From NCBI GenBank assembly GCA_951406725.2, contig OX597817.1, forward strand, positions 66,588,001 to 66,652,000: DNA of 64,000 nucleotides. The letters run 5' to 3'. This DNA is from Octopus vulgaris. Its lineage: Eukaryota. The notes under the pieces are model-generated. The model saw only the letters and a list, made by a program, of their open reading frames with translations. It was not told where the DNA came from and did not search any database. Both the position numbers and the translations under genes were made by a program. Shown here in pieces: positions 1 to 12,873 of the stretch. The number at the start of each line of letters is the position of its first letter. Position 1 is the first letter of the stretch.

Positions 1-148
1 CCTAGAGACAAATAAATTCAGCCTAACCTAGCCTAGATACAAGTAAATTCAGCCTAGTCTAGAGACAAATTAATTCGACTTAAGTCGTTTTTTGACCTAA
101 GTTGTGTCTCCTGGAACCAATTAACAACTTAGGGTGAGGTATGCCTGT
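1..148. mobile_element. Right end of a DNA-transposon-like (Tigger/pogo-type) element with short CCTAG tandem repeats
   Basis: Repeated 'cctagagacaaataaattcagcctaacctag' units, ending in 'gaggtatgcctg' + TA. The left end lies outside the window. Confidence 0.35.
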
Positions 149-1831
149 ATATATATATGATACACATGCACATATATATGACATACATGTATGTGCGCGC
201 ACACACACACACACACACACAAATATATATAAGTTAGAGAAAAGTTGTAACATCACCTATGAGATTCATGTCACTCTTCTATAAACTGAATAACTGTGCT
301 AACCACTTCAACAGAGTGACTTCACAACTTTGACCATTCAGATTTGAAGACTAACCTAAGTAGCTAAGATTATATATACCAGTAACCTACTTGCAGAGAT
401 CTGAGGTCCATGTAGTATCAAAATATGGTATTACATATATTAGATATATATATATATATATATATATAACTAATATATAAATCAGAAAAATGTCAATATT
501 GCCTATGGGATATGAATGCCCTTTCTACTAAAATTAGAGTACACATCACACACACGCATGCATGCACGCACACATACACACGCAGCACATCTGATACGGT
601 TACATTAGCATATTAGATGTTTCTATTGCTTGATGTTTGTGTACATTATGTTATATAATTTTATTATCTTTTTTATTAGGACATTGGTAAAGAATCTTTT
701 TATAACCATAGTGGAAATGTTGCCAACTTTATCAGTTTTTAGTAAAGTTTCTAAAAATTCTAAAACATAGGTTTTGTCTTTTGATGTATTCTATTGGTTG
801 ATTGTGTATAATTGTCTAGTGATGTTGTATGTATGCCAAGAAACATACTAAGAAATCTACTGCTGGCTTACATGACTGTTGTTACCTTTCATTGCTCACA
901 GGCAATCTGTATACTTACAAGAACAGAGGGGCTTTGAGTTCTCTATTCTGACCTATACATGCAAATTTCTATGTGGCTAATATTGAGAATAAGGCAATTT
1001 TAGAATGTAACCATACTATCTAAAGTCTGTAAAGCTGCTGCTTGTGTGTGTGTGTGTGTTATTATTTTAAAGCAAGTTTAAGAATAACAATGGAACATTT
1101 ACCAATAGGAGGAGAGTTGATACTGAAAGTAGAGTTGAAAGGAAGCTGCTGCATAGTCCCTTAATCTAGGAACATCATTGAATATTGTAACCTTGAGTAC
1201 ATTATACTGCATGGGGTAGGAAATAAAAAGACAAGGTGACCACTGTGATGATTACCTTAAATTACTGATTTGTATCTTAAAATTGTTCTTCATTATTTGT
1301 CATGTTAATGTTGTGCCATTTATTAAATTTGAGCTATGCATTCTTAATGTTATCCAATGAATATCAAACTCCCAATTAAATCTTGTGCTTATGCACAGAG
1401 ATCCAGGGGGAGAAGGGACTGACATGCAGCTAATGAAGGAAGGTGTTACCTGTAAACTATATGACATAAATCCTCTTAATTTGAAACCTATGTAATTTAC
1501 CTTAATAACTCTCTTTAAAGTTTTTCTGAAAGTCTTATATAACAATTGGTGATGAGGATGATCACTGGACAATGTTTGAACCTTAACTTGGAAGAAGCCA
1601 GTGCCTGGCTAATACAATGCAAAACTCTTGTGTGAAGTGTTGATGATATCAAAAAGAAGCTATTTCTTTTAACGTATGGGGTTAAAGCTATAATGAAGCT
1701 GAACAGCCATAGCTGGAATGTTTTTGATCTTAAGTCTAGTGGAAAAAGGCAGACCCTGGTTGAAACAACAACAACCACGACCAGTTTAATGAAACTACTC
1801 CACCATATATTCAATGTAATATTTATTTACA

Positions 1832-3866
1832 TACAGAGGTATCAAGCTGTTGGACCAGGTGATGAAGGTTACGGAGAGGGTCATAGCCCAACTAATTAGA
1901 GAGAGAGTTAGTTTAGATGAGATGCAGTTTGGGTTTGTGCCAGGGAAAAGTACTACTGATGCTATATTCCTGGTAAGGCAGCTGCAGGAGAAATACCTAG
2001 CCAAAGATAAGCCCCTGTACCTGGCTTTTGTTGACATGGAGAAAGCCTTCGACAGGGTCCCCCGATCCCTTATCTGGTGGGCAATGAGGAAACTAGGGAT
2101 AGATGAATGGTTAGTGAGAGCTGTGCGGGCCATGTATAGGGACGCCGCTAGTAGGGTGAGGGTTGGAAATGTGTACAGTGAAGAATTCCGGGTAGAGGTA
2201 GGAGTCCACCAAGGCTCAGTACTCAGCCCCCTCCTATTTATCATAGTCCTCCAGGCAATAACGGAGGAATTCAAGACAGGATGCCCTTGGGAGCTCCTCT
2301 ATGCTGATGACCTTGCTCTAATTGCTGAGTCGCTATCAGAACTGGAGGAGAAGTTTCAGGTGTGGAAACAAGGATTAGAATCGAAGGGCCTCAGAGTCAA
2401 TCTAGCTAAAACCAAAGTCATAATCAGTAAGAAGGTAGACAAATCACAAACACCTTCAGGTAGATGGCCCTGCTCGATCTGTAGAAAAGGTGTAGGTAGA
2501 AACTCTATAAGATGCACCGAGTGTAAGCTATGGACACATAAGAGATGCAGCAATGTCAAAGGAAGGCTAACTAGGAAGATGGTTTTTGTATGTGGCAGAT
2601 GCTCAGGAACAATAAACACTGAAAATGCTCTGAGACCAACTTCCGTCACTTTCCAGGGAGAAAAACTAGAAATAGTTGATAGTTTCCGTTACCTAGGTGA
2701 CCAAGTCAGCAGCGGGGGCGGGTGTGCTGAAAGTGTAACTGCTAGAGTAAGAATAGCTTGGGCAAAGTTCAGAGAGCTCTTACCTCTGCTGGTGACAAAA
2801 GGCCTCTCGCACAGAGTGAAAGGCAGACTGTATGATGCGTGTGTACGAACAGCCATGCTACATGGCAGTGAAACATGGGCCGTGACTGCTGAGGATATGC
2901 GTAAGCTCGCTAGAAATGAAGCCAGTATGCTCCGATGGATGTGTAATGCCGGTACTCACACTCGGCAGAGTGTAAGTACCTTGAGAGAAAAGCTGGACCT
3001 AAGAAGCATCAGTTGTGGTGTGCAAGAGAGACGTTTGCGCTGGTATGGTCATGTGGCGAGAATGGATGAAGATAGTTGTGTGAAAAAGTGCCACACCCTA
3101 GCGGTTGAGGGAACCTGTGGAAGAGGCAGACCCAGGAAAACCTGGGACGAGGTGGTGAAGCACGACCTTCGAACTTTAGGTCTCACTGAGGAAATGACTA
3201 GAGACCGAGACCTCTGGAAGTGTGCTGTGCGCGAGAAGACCCGGCAGGACAAGTGAGTCCATAACCCGTGGCCTTCTACACGGGATGGAGCCAGCCTACG
3301 TATGCATACCTTCCCTTCTTGGGACACAAAACTCTACTTGTGAAGACGTGTTGAGGCAAGTGAGGATCAAAATCGAAATCGATCAATGGAAATTGCGGAT
3401 GTGCTACCAGTGCCGGTGGCATGTCAAAACTCTGCTTGTGAAGACCCGTTGAGGCAAGTGAGGATCAGAATCGAAATCGATCAATGGAAATCGATCAATG
3501 GAAATTGCAGATGTGTTACCAGTGCCGGTGGCATGTAAGAGAACTTTCCGTTTCGCGACCGTTGCCAGCACCGCCCCGTTTCGTGTCCGTTGCCAGCCTC
3601 GCCTGGCCCTCGTGCCGGTGGCACATAAAAAGCACCATCCGTTCGTGGCCGTTTGCCAGCTGTCTGGCACCAGTGCGGGTGGCACGTAAAAAGCACCCAC
3701 TACACTCACGGAGTGGTTGGCGTTAGGAAGGGCATCCAGCCGTAGAAACACTGCCAGATTTGACTGGGCCTGATGAAGCCTTCTGGCTTCACAGACCCCA
3801 GTAGAACCGTCCAACCCATGCTAGCATGGAAAACGGACGCTAAACGATGATGATGATGATGATGAA
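1832..3866 (+). mobile_element. RTE-clade non-LTR retrotransposon, 5'-truncated, recent
   Basis: Starts abruptly at the YRGIKLL motif, has an uninterrupted RT ORF, a 3' UTR with internal duplications, and ends in a (GAT)n tail at 3846-3865. Confidence 0.93.
1850..3256 (+). CDS. RTE LINE reverse transcriptase (C-terminal part, endonuclease lost) with inserted PHD-type zinc finger
   Basis: Motifs QFGF, FVDMEKAFDRV, GVHQGSVLSPLLF, YADD, FRYLG, RLRWYGHV and RGRPRKTW. No stops over 468 aa. Confidence 0.92.
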   Translation: MDQVMKVTERVIAQLIRERVSLDEMQFGFVPGKSTTDAIFLVRQLQEKYLAKDKPLYLAFVDMEKAFDRVPRSLIWWAMRKLGIDEWLVRAVRAMYRDAASRVRVGNVYSEEFRVEVGVHQGSVLSPLLFIIVLQAITEEFKTGCPWELLYADDLALIAESLSELEEKFQVWKQGLESKGLRVNLAKTKVIISKKVDKSQTPSGRWPCSICRKGVGRNSIRCTECKLWTHKRCSNVKGRLTRKMVFVCGRCSGTINTENALRPTSVTFQGEKLEIVDSFRYLGDQVSSGGGCAESVTARVRIAWAKFRELLPLLVTKGLSHRVKGRLYDACVRTAMLHGSETWAVTAEDMRKLARNEASMLRWMCNAGTHTRQSVSTLREKLDLRSISCGVQERRLRWYGHVARMDEDSCVKKCHTLAVEGTCGRGRPRKTWDEVVKHDLRTLGLTEEMTRDRDLWKCAVREKTRQDK

Positions 3867-3999
3867 TTAAATCAAGTGGAGATCTAACAGACAAAATTTT
3901 AGTCTCTGATGTTGAATATTTTGAGTCAGCAGTATCATTTACAGTTAAGTTAGTATTAACATATTCAGTGACTGCGTATCAATAATGCAATTAGAAATA

Positions 4000-4740
4000 T
4001 TGAGTCATCCCATAAATAATACAGATTTTTTATACTTCTTTTATTTTTCAAAATTATGAGAAACAAAGTTCTTTTTTAATCTAAAATATAATCTCCTTCA
4101 TTTTCTACAATGCTCTTCCATCTATCTGGTAGACTTGCAAGGCCCCTCTTCCAAAATTCATCTTCACTGTATGTCACTGAGCATTATCCTGATGAAAGAA
4201 CACCTTTTGTCTAGAAACCAAAGATGGTCGTTTTTCTTCTAGCACTGACTTGAATGACAGGTTGAATGACCAAATCCAAGCTTCTCTACTAGTTCCTCAA
4301 CAGTTACAATGGGATTTTGTTCCACCAGGGTTTGTAGGATGTCCTTGTTGAGCTCTACAGATCTTCCAAGATGAGGTTTGTCTTCTAGGCTGTAGTTTCC
4401 AGCTTGGAACATCTGGAACCAACGTTGACACTGGCTTATGCTTAATGTCCAATCCCTATATACTACATTAATATTCCTCGCACTTTCCATTGCATTGTTG
4501 CCTTTATTGAACTCATATTGCAAAATATGTTGAATATGCTCTTTGCCACTCCCATTGCAGCTTTGAAAAAATAACTGTTAAAATCGAACTGCAGTCCTCA
4601 AAACTTGCACTAAGAATAAGTCATGGTAAAATTACTACCTGCTTTTATAGCAAGTTGATGCAGGTAGTTTACTCCATCCCTCTCCGACTTTTAGTTCATG
4701 CAATTGAAAAAAAAAATGCATTATTTATGTGATGATTCAA
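4000..4740 (-). mobile_element. Internally deleted mariner transposon
   Basis: 21-bp TIRs (ttgagtcatcccataaataat / attatttatgtgatgattcaa, 2 mismatches), each flanked by TA. The mariner N-terminal HTH (ORF 4239-4523) sits close to the C-terminal 'FWKRGLASLPDRWKSIVENEGDY'; the catalytic core is missing. Confidence 0.9.
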
Positions 4741-4997
4741 TATTTACAATGGTGATGAAAAGTCAGTATTAACTCAGTGACTATTATTTTAATGGTTTTG
4801 GTAAGTATAGTAGACAATAATAGACAGACAGGTTTTAGTCTTATTAGACCTTTTCAGTCTTCACATAGATTTCACACTATTTGCCAAAAGAGTGCTGAGA
4901 GAATTGCTAAGTAGATGTAAAAGAAATGTTTCAATTATAGACATGAAAAATTAGCATATCTAATAAGAACTATTACTAAGAGAAAAATAAATTAATT

Positions 4998-5400
4998 AGG
5001 CGCAGGAGTGGCTGTGTGGTAAGTAGCTTGCTAACCAACCTCATGGTTCTGGGTTCAGTCCCACTGCGTGGCACCTTGGGCAAGTGTCTTCTGCTATAGC
5101 CCCGGGCCGACCAATGCCTTGTGAGTGGATTTGGTAGACGGAAACTGAAAGAAGCCTGTCGTATATATGTATATATATATATGTGTGTGCGTGTATGTTT
5201 GTGTGTCTGTGTTTGTCCCCCTAGCATTGCTTGACAACCGATGCTGGTGTGTTTACATCCCCGTTACTTAGCGGTTCGGCAAAAGAGACTGATAGAATAA
5301 GTACTGGGCTTACAAAAGAATAAGTCCCGGGATCGAGTTGCTCGATTAAAAGCGGTGCTCCAGCATGGCCGCAGTCAAATGACTGAAACAAGTAAAAGAG
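4998..5400 (+). mobile_element. tRNA-derived SINE, family A (CORE-like 'ccttgggcaagt', central microsatellite)
   Basis: A-box/B-box-like head (gtggctgtgtggtaag...ggttcagtcc), tail gactgaaacaagtaaaagag, and several near-identical copies in the window. Confidence 0.88.
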
Positions 5401-6214
5401 TCAGATATGCTATCTACATGAAAACAATAGTCTTGTCATTGCTAATGTAGTGAACATCAAGTATGTGAACACAAGCTATTGTTTCTCATGCACATGGTGT
5501 TACTGAGTAACTAAGTACAGTAATGTATTTTTTAGATGTTTTTAAAAACGTTCTTTACATCCATAATTGGCAATATAATGTTTGCCAGAAAACGTTTTAT
5601 CAACCTTCTAGTTATGCTTCCCCACACTGATATATTTGAGTACAGACATGTAGATGTGCATTTGTGTATGTGTGTGTGTGTTTGTGTGTATCCATATATA
5701 CATGTTTGTATGCGTGATTGTACCAGTGTATGTCTGTGACTGATATATTTGCATCTATGTAGCTGTATGTGTGATTGTCAGTCGGTCTGTGTTTGTGTAT
5801 GTATGTCTATTGTTGTGCATGTGTTTTAGTATTTTGTCTCTCTCTCCCTATTGTTCTCTCTTTTTAAACTGAGACTTTGAAAATACCTAGCCAATATCAT
5901 TCTATTCTAACAGCCACATAAAGAAGACACCTGGTTTCCTGGCTTTAGTTGGTCAATTGTAATCTGTCCAACCTGTGGGGTACATATGGGATGGTGAGTT
6001 CAACATTTCTCTTCATTTCTTATGGATATTTAATGATTATCAGAAGTCTTCACTGACAGTTAAAGCATTAAGGATGCAATGAATTTTACCATGAGCAGAT
6101 CTTTCTGCCACATACCCTTAGTTATGATTATTAAAGCAAAATATTCATTGATAATGAATTTTTTAGTTCTCAACTATTTATAAGTTAATAACAGCAATGA
6201 ACTAATAAGTCTTC

Positions 6215-6420
6215 TTTCTGGTTGCTCAACATGCAAGAAACAACACTCAACTCTTCCTCAAATTACACCCTACAGTTTTGAAAATGAAAGGAGACACTGT
6301 AACATGGAATTCTAGATATACAAAAAAAACGGGATTGTCATAGCTGAAACACTTTTGATTATAAGCCTGCTCAATCAAGGCTAAAAATATGGGGCTAAGA
6401 ATAATCAACAACAACAGCAA
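6215..6420 (+). mobile_element. Old ~200-bp dispersed repeat ending in (AAC)n
   Basis: Diverged copies of the same motif order (gaaatagcaaccaaatctccctcaa...gtcacagctggaatg...tttgatcatagg) near 1600-1775, 9180-9350(-), 10290-10445, 12360-12540, 14205-14385, 33950-34150(-), 42630-42800 and 52600-52765(-). Confidence 0.6.
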
Positions 6421-8644
6421 TAAGAGTTTAAAAAATTCTTTCTTACCTCTTTATACGTCATTCATTCTTTCTGCCTTCACTCATTTATTTTACAGGTGAA
6501 AAGATTTAATCACAGCACTATATAAAAACATATATATATTCCACCATCTCCATAAGAATTTCCATTCCACAGTATGCCACAAACATTCCCCTGTTCTTCT
6601 CATTCTCTATCTTTGCCTTTTTTATTACCAGGTAAATAAAGTAAGTGCATGTTTAGTATCTTATCCAAGTCACAGCTTAGGATCAAAAGTTGGGATGCAA
6701 GTAGAGGAAAGACTACCACATTATTTACTCTGCTATTGTTAATTGCTTCCACTAACGAGTTACATCTTCTGTTCTTCTAATGTTGCTTTCCCTCTACTGC
6801 TACAATGTTCATACTTGTCATACAAATCTCTCTTTGGTCAGACTATTTCATATTTTAGATTATACTCTGTCCAGTCCTTTTACCTGAGGCTTGCCTGTTT
6901 CTAAACCTTTATCATCACTCAGATATATTACAACTACAGATGTACTGTTTTCTATTTGTTTCTTTTACTATCACAGCTTCTGCATCCCTTAACTAGAAAT
7001 CTGCATATCTCCACTCAAATGCACTTCTCTCTTCTTTTCTCATCACCTTACTCAGTATCTTCCCTGCTTATATTTTGCCAATTCTTCCTAAAAATTACCA
7101 TTCTCTGAAATTTTCTTTGTACTGATTCATTTTTCTAAAGTTATAACTCTATAGAAGTTTATAAATAGCATTAATATCATTAGTTTAAGAGGAGGGCCAA
7201 CAAAGACCATAGGTACTCTCCACTATCACTGATTAATGACAGTATAACATTCTCACAAAACGTTATTCCACAACAGATAAAACTAGTCATTAATCACAGT
7301 AACCTTATCTAATTCCTTTTTCACAAGCTAGCGTTGCTTTACCGGCACATGTGACAGTGGCACATGAAAAACAAACAACCTTTAAATAGATTTATTAAAA
7401 ATGATTTGAACTACAACTGGCAAAGTCATTCAGTTGTTAGCCTTCCAGACAAAGGTTTAGCAATGTATTTCTTGTCACCAGCACTGTAGTCCTGTCAAGA
7501 GTAATTAATTCTCTGTTATTCAATCCATGTTGCAGTATATAAGTGCCATTGGGATATGCAACTCACTACTATCAGACAAGATAAAGTTTTCTTACAGGAA
7601 CTTTTGTATGATCATCAATCTGCAAGAAATAATAGTTAAATCTTTCTCGCATCACCACTTACCAACTTCAAAAGGAGGAGATAAAAGATAAGATAATTCT
7701 AGATACTGTTCCCGAGAAAAAAATGAGATGGTAACAGTTGGAATACCTTCCTTCATAGTTCTGATTATAAAGAGCTAACAAGAAGCCAAATAACTGGTTT
7801 CTTAGCCCCCAATGCTCTTTCATGAGCAAAATCACCAATAGATTAGTGCTACTATCCATGGGATGAGATTTTTAAATGGCTAAGATTGTGTTCAAAATAT
7901 CTTACCCACTACACAGGAATATGTAGTGCTGCTCAAATTTACTGTTGAATGAAATCAACAGTACTGCCCAGCTCTTCCTCATAGCCATTCCTATTTAATC
8001 AGTACTACAAATATTCCACACCATAATTATGTGTCTATCGTGAATCATTAGAAATGAATGGAATCCATTTAAATTAGAACCAATAAAACAAATGATTGAG
8101 ATTAGTGAATGGATCTCAAAACCTCCCCCCTTCCCCATTAAAAGTGACAAACTGGTAGAATTGTTAGGGCATTGCATAGAAAGCCTTGTGGTATTTATTA
8201 CGGCTATCACCATTGACTGTTGAAAGCACAAGTTCCACTGAGCAAGACATATCACAGAGCTTACAGACTTCATGTTGACCTAAGAAGTGTGGTATCTAAT
8301 AGATTGAAACTACATTGTTCTAGTGTGAAAAATCTGGAGTTTTGCAGAAAAAAAAATGTATTCATGTTAAATTTTATAATTTTCTTCTTTACTATATAAG
8401 ATTCATCTAGCTTACTGAATCTTCTTTTGATCATTTCAAAGTCTTAGTGTTTTCTTCTTGAATGTAAAAGAAATGTTGCCTGAAACACAAGAAATTGGAA
8501 AGAAACTTCTTTCCTATAGTTAATCAGAGAATGATTGGTAGGATTTGTAGTATCTTTGATATTTTTTTGGCTCTCTCAGAATGGTTATATTAATGCAGTT
8601 CATAACCATATCAATGCCTTCACAACAGAGTGAAGTCATTAGAA

Positions 8645-9010
8645 ATTGTTTAATTAATCAAGCAAGCAACTAATTAACTTATTAACTAATTGATTAAGCA
8701 ATTAACTAATTGATTAATAAACTAATTGATTAATAAACTAATTGATTAAGCAATTAAGCAACTTATTGATTAACTGATTAATTAAGCAAGCAACTTATTA
8801 ATTTACAACTTAATTAAGCAAGCAAGATACTAATGAATTAAGCAAGGAAATTATTCATTAACTAATTAGTTAAGTAAGCAAACAACTAATTAATTAACTA
8901 TGTAAGCAAGCAACTAATTAATCTAGCAAGCAACTAAATCATTGTTTTATTAATTAGTTAAGTAATTAGTTGCTTGCTTCTTTACTTAATTAGTTAATTA
9001 TTTAGTTGCT
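8645..9010. repeat. AT-rich degenerate minisatellite with partial inversion
   Basis: Units like 'taattaagcaagcaac' are followed by their reverse complement 'taattagttgcttgctt' after about 8945. Confidence 0.7.
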
Positions 9011-9390
9011 TTCTGTTTCCCTCTTTTCTTCTCTCTCACTTTTCGCCTTACTCTCTTTTTCTTTCTCCCTCTAGCTCTTTGCTTTTTCCTTCAACTAATC
9101 ATGTGAAAGAGTTACAGACGGGCTAAGTAACAGAGGAACAAGCAGAATTATTATTAGATTCACTTGATTGTTGTTTGGCCCCAAGTCAACACAGATATAT
9201 AACTTAAAACAAATAGTTCTGCTTGATCTGGCTCTAGTACTATATTCTCTAACATATCCTTTACTTATTTAAGATTGTTGGGTGTGATTTAAGGGAGAGT
9301 TGGCTGCAATTTCTAGCATGTCAAGCCACTATGTAAAGGCTTCTCTTGTTAACTCATTTACTCACTTGATATTGTCTCTTGTGTTTTCAG

Positions 9391-9479
9391 GTTTTTTGAA
9401 TCATTTGATTCAGATTATCACACAGGAGAGAAAAAGTCATTCTATGGATTAATCCTTAGTCATTTAGTACATCAGGAAT
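9391..9479 (+). CDS. Probable penultimate coding exon of an unidentified host gene (FFESFDSDYHTGEKKSFYGLILSHLVHQE)
   Basis: Acceptor 'tctcttgtgttttcag', consensus donor 'gtgagt' at 9480, and only one frame is open across the exon. Confidence 0.55.
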
Positions 9480-9519
9480 GTGAGTAAAGCTTTCAATATT
9501 TCATCTATTAAATATTGTG

Positions 9520-9728
9520 AGATGGTAGAATTGTTAGCATGCCTGCCAAAATGCTTAGTAGCGTTTCATCTGTCGTTATGTTTTGAGTTCAATTCCACCA
9601 AGGTCGACTTTGCCTTTCATCCTTTTAGGGTCGATAAAATAAGTACCAGTTGAGCACTGGGGTTGAAGCAATTGACATACTTCAACCTCCGAACTTGCTG
9701 GCTTTGTGCCAAAATTTGAAACCAATAT
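9520..9728 (+). mobile_element. SINE family B, diverged copy
   Basis: gagttcaa..aggtcgactttgcctttcatcctt..taagtaccagt core shared with the young copies. Confidence 0.75.
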
Positions 9729-11284
9729 TTCATCTATTAAATATTAAAGTTAATCAAATAAACCAACTCTTATCACCATTATTAGTAGTTTTTCACCAAG
9801 TGTATCTTTCCAAGATATGTAACTAATACTCTTTATTTTATATTTTCATATATCACTTTGTTTTAAATTTTCTACATCATTTACAAATATATAAAATATA
9901 TTATTTCTAAAAATGCATTTTGAATTTTCATTAATTATAAATCTCTGCAATTAGGGTAACAAATTAGATGCCATTAGAGTGTCACAATAACTCACAATAT
10001 TTGTTTCAGCTATCTGTTCTCTCACTCCACAAAAAAAAAAAAAAAATCAACTTTCAGGGTTATTAATTAAAGTACCAGTCCAGTATTGGGGTTGATACTT
10101 CTCTATTTCTTTCTCTCTGTAGGAAATCAGCTGTCTTAGAGGGATAAGTTCTGTCAGGTTTAACATCCAAGATGCATCATGTCATGCTTGTATCTCTACA
10201 ACACAAAGAAAGAAATATTTTGTACATCCAGTGTTAATACCCATGGTTTATCCATGGTTTTACAATGAAGAAAACCAAGCTTATGAGGGTCTCTGCATGG
10301 TTATTTGACATGCAGCTACATCACCTTCAAAACACACCTCACCATCTTAAGGAAGGAAATGGAATATTAAATATGTAGTCTTGCATATTCCTAAAAGGAT
10401 GGGTTGATCACAGCTGGAATGCCTTTGATTATAGGTTTGCTTAATTAATGATTTCTGTGGCTGGATCTTCTACCTAATGTCAACCACTTTACAAAGTATA
10501 CAGAGTGCTTTGTTTTTTTTATGGCACCAGCACTATTAAGGCCACCAAGTAACTTGCAAGACAAAACCCCTCAACTGAGTGGGAGTGTCATTTTGAGGAA
10601 GGTGGTTTTATGCAAGATGTTGAGAGGTTAAATAGGGATAAGGAGGTAAGAAGAGGTGTCTTGCAATAGAGGAGATATATGGCTACTCCAGCTAGAAAGA
10701 GAGAAAAGATGGTGGTGATGAGGTGTCAAAGCATACCTTCAAGGTACAAGAAAATGAATATAAGAGTGAATAGAAGCAGACTATAAGAAAAGGGTGGGAC
10801 GTTTCCAAGAATATGAAAGGAGAATGACAGATGGTTAGAGATGGAGATAAATGCAAACACAGGTGGTCATTAGTCAATCATATTTGGGAGGAAAATAGGA
10901 GGTGATAAGTGGCAATAGAAATAAAGGGTGGGGGTGGAGTGCAACAGTATAATAAAACAATAGATAAATGAGAAATAGTTGGATGATGTAGAGTGTGGTG
11001 AATGAAAGTTACAATTACAGAGACTACACATGGGTGGAAACAGTGATTGATAAACAGGGATGAAGGGATTGATGGCAAATATAAGAGGATGTCCAGGGGA
11101 AAAATAAAGTGGTAAGGGATGATGTTGAGAATGCAGGATGGGTGACAAAAGGTTCCAAGGAGAAGGATAACTGATAGAGTGAAAGAAGATGAAATAGTGC
11201 AGTTTCACTTTCATATAGTTACAATAGCTGAGAGAATAGTGTCATAGTCAGAAGAGTGTTTGTTGAGATAAGTAGGTTTTCTTA

Positions 11285-11520
11285 TCATTTAATGTCTGTT
11301 TTTCATACTGGCATGAGTTAGATGGTTTGACCTGAGCTGCTAGGCTGGATAGCTGCACTAGGGTCCAGCCATCTATTCTGGCTTGGTTTCTACTGCTGGA
11401 TGCCCTTCCTAATGCCAACTACCCTACTTTGTGTATTGCTTGTCTTTTATGTGTCATTAGCATGGATACCCCTTTACATTTCACAGGAAAGGGTGCTTTT
11501 TACATGTCATCAGTGAGCAC
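11285..11520 (-). mobile_element. Old RTE 3'-UTR fragment
   Basis: Reverse-complement similarity to 3680-3860 (ggatgcccttcctaatgccaac). Confidence 0.65.
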
Positions 11521-11940
11521 AGCAAATTGCAAATCACCTCAGCAAATTGTCATCTCCTCCACATGACTCAATATCTTGAAGTATGTCTTCACTACTTCAT
11601 CCTACATCTTCCCTGGATCTTCCTCCTTCACAAGTTCCATCGATATTTAGTGATCAGTATTTCTTTGTTCAGCTGTCCTCACTCACACACATACTACCAT
11701 ACCAGTGCTGTCTTCTCTCTTCTATTCTACATCTGATGTCTCTTATGTACAATTTTATCTCACTACATTTGCACTTTGTGGTGCATAAATGATGACATTA
11801 CATATCTGTATAGAAGTTCCACTTCAAATAAAATGCTTTCACTCTTAATTTCCCTTGGTAAATCTATCTACTGAGAGAATGAAATGTAACAGGTCTGATC
11901 TGACATAAATACTATTAATTATTTTCTGTTTTTATTGCAG

Positions 11941-11984
11941 ATGCTGACAGTTTGATTATTGCTCCAAAAAGCTATGTCAGTTGA
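11941..11984 (+). CDS. Probable terminal coding exon (Y)ADSLIIAPKSYVS*
   Basis: Strong acceptor 'ttttctgtttttattgcag', phase compatible with the 9391-9479 exon, TGA at 11982-11984, AATAAA 41 bp downstream. Confidence 0.5.
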
Positions 11985-12024
11985 TTTGTTTTAAAAAAAA
12001 ATTTACATCAGTTTCCATTGTCTC

Positions 12025-12030
12025 AATAAA
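12025..12030 (+). promoter_or_regulatory. Putative polyadenylation signal
   Basis: AATAAA just after the predicted stop, followed by T-rich sequence. Confidence 0.35.
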
Positions 12031-12873
12031 ATTATTGCAATTTTATTTTTAAATTGTCTTTTGGAGAAGTTCTATTTTCATTTATATAATTTTTGCATTT
12101 GGTTTGCATGATTCTTGATGTGAACTTATGTGTTGAAATAGATTTTGTTGTATCTTTGGAAGGTCACAATTATTACTTTTGAATTTTCTTCAGAAATTTC
12201 ACAATTACATGATAAACCAGTATATATTTTGAGATGGGTGTATATATAGTGAAAATTCTAAGAGAGCTTTGTTGCAGGAGAGAAACACTTAATGACAGGT
12301 AATTGATTGTCAGAATTGTTTGAGCATTGAAGAAAATGTTTCACAGTGTTCAAATTCTGCTGTATAGCAACCAAATCTCTCTCAACTCATAGTCTGTTAT
12401 CTTTAAAAAGGGTGTTATTCATTGAAAAATGTAGTCTTATGTATAAGTGTATTTGAAGAGATAAAATGGTTATCAGTAGAATACTTATAGTCTGCTCAAT
12501 AAGAGCTAGTTTGAAGCTAAGCTACAACAGCAAAAACAGCCATGTGACTCAGCTATATCACAGTTGGTGAGTCATTCCAGTGGAATGGAAATTGTTGCAA
12601 TTTCCTGATCTTTGTGCTCTAACTTCCTTTATAACATTCTAACTCTGAAATTTGTCAAAATGAAGCTAAATATATTTATGCATATTACATCAAATTAAAT
12701 TATTATATTCATTGCATAAAGAGGAATTTGGAATAACTTAGAATTTTCTATTGTCAATTGTTTTATGTTTTAACATTTGTGACTGGCTGAAAGGATATCC
12801 GGGAACATTTTTAATATGTAACAGTGTCCTCTAAGACAACCACTCTAATTTTGTCATGATAAAAAAAAAAAAC

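Noticed and set aside
680-770. Candidate exon after 'ttttattag'
   Set aside because: No convincing donor in a phase that joins the 9391 exon without a stop.
1795-2274. 159-aa antisense ORF
   Set aside because: Shadow of the RTE reverse transcriptase on the opposite strand.
4998-5070. tRNA gene
   Set aside because: It is the tRNA-derived head of a multi-copy SINE and has no complete cloverleaf.
5536-5739. Candidate exon/ORF after 'tttttag'
   Set aside because: No recognisable homology or clear donor, and it runs into a GT microsatellite.
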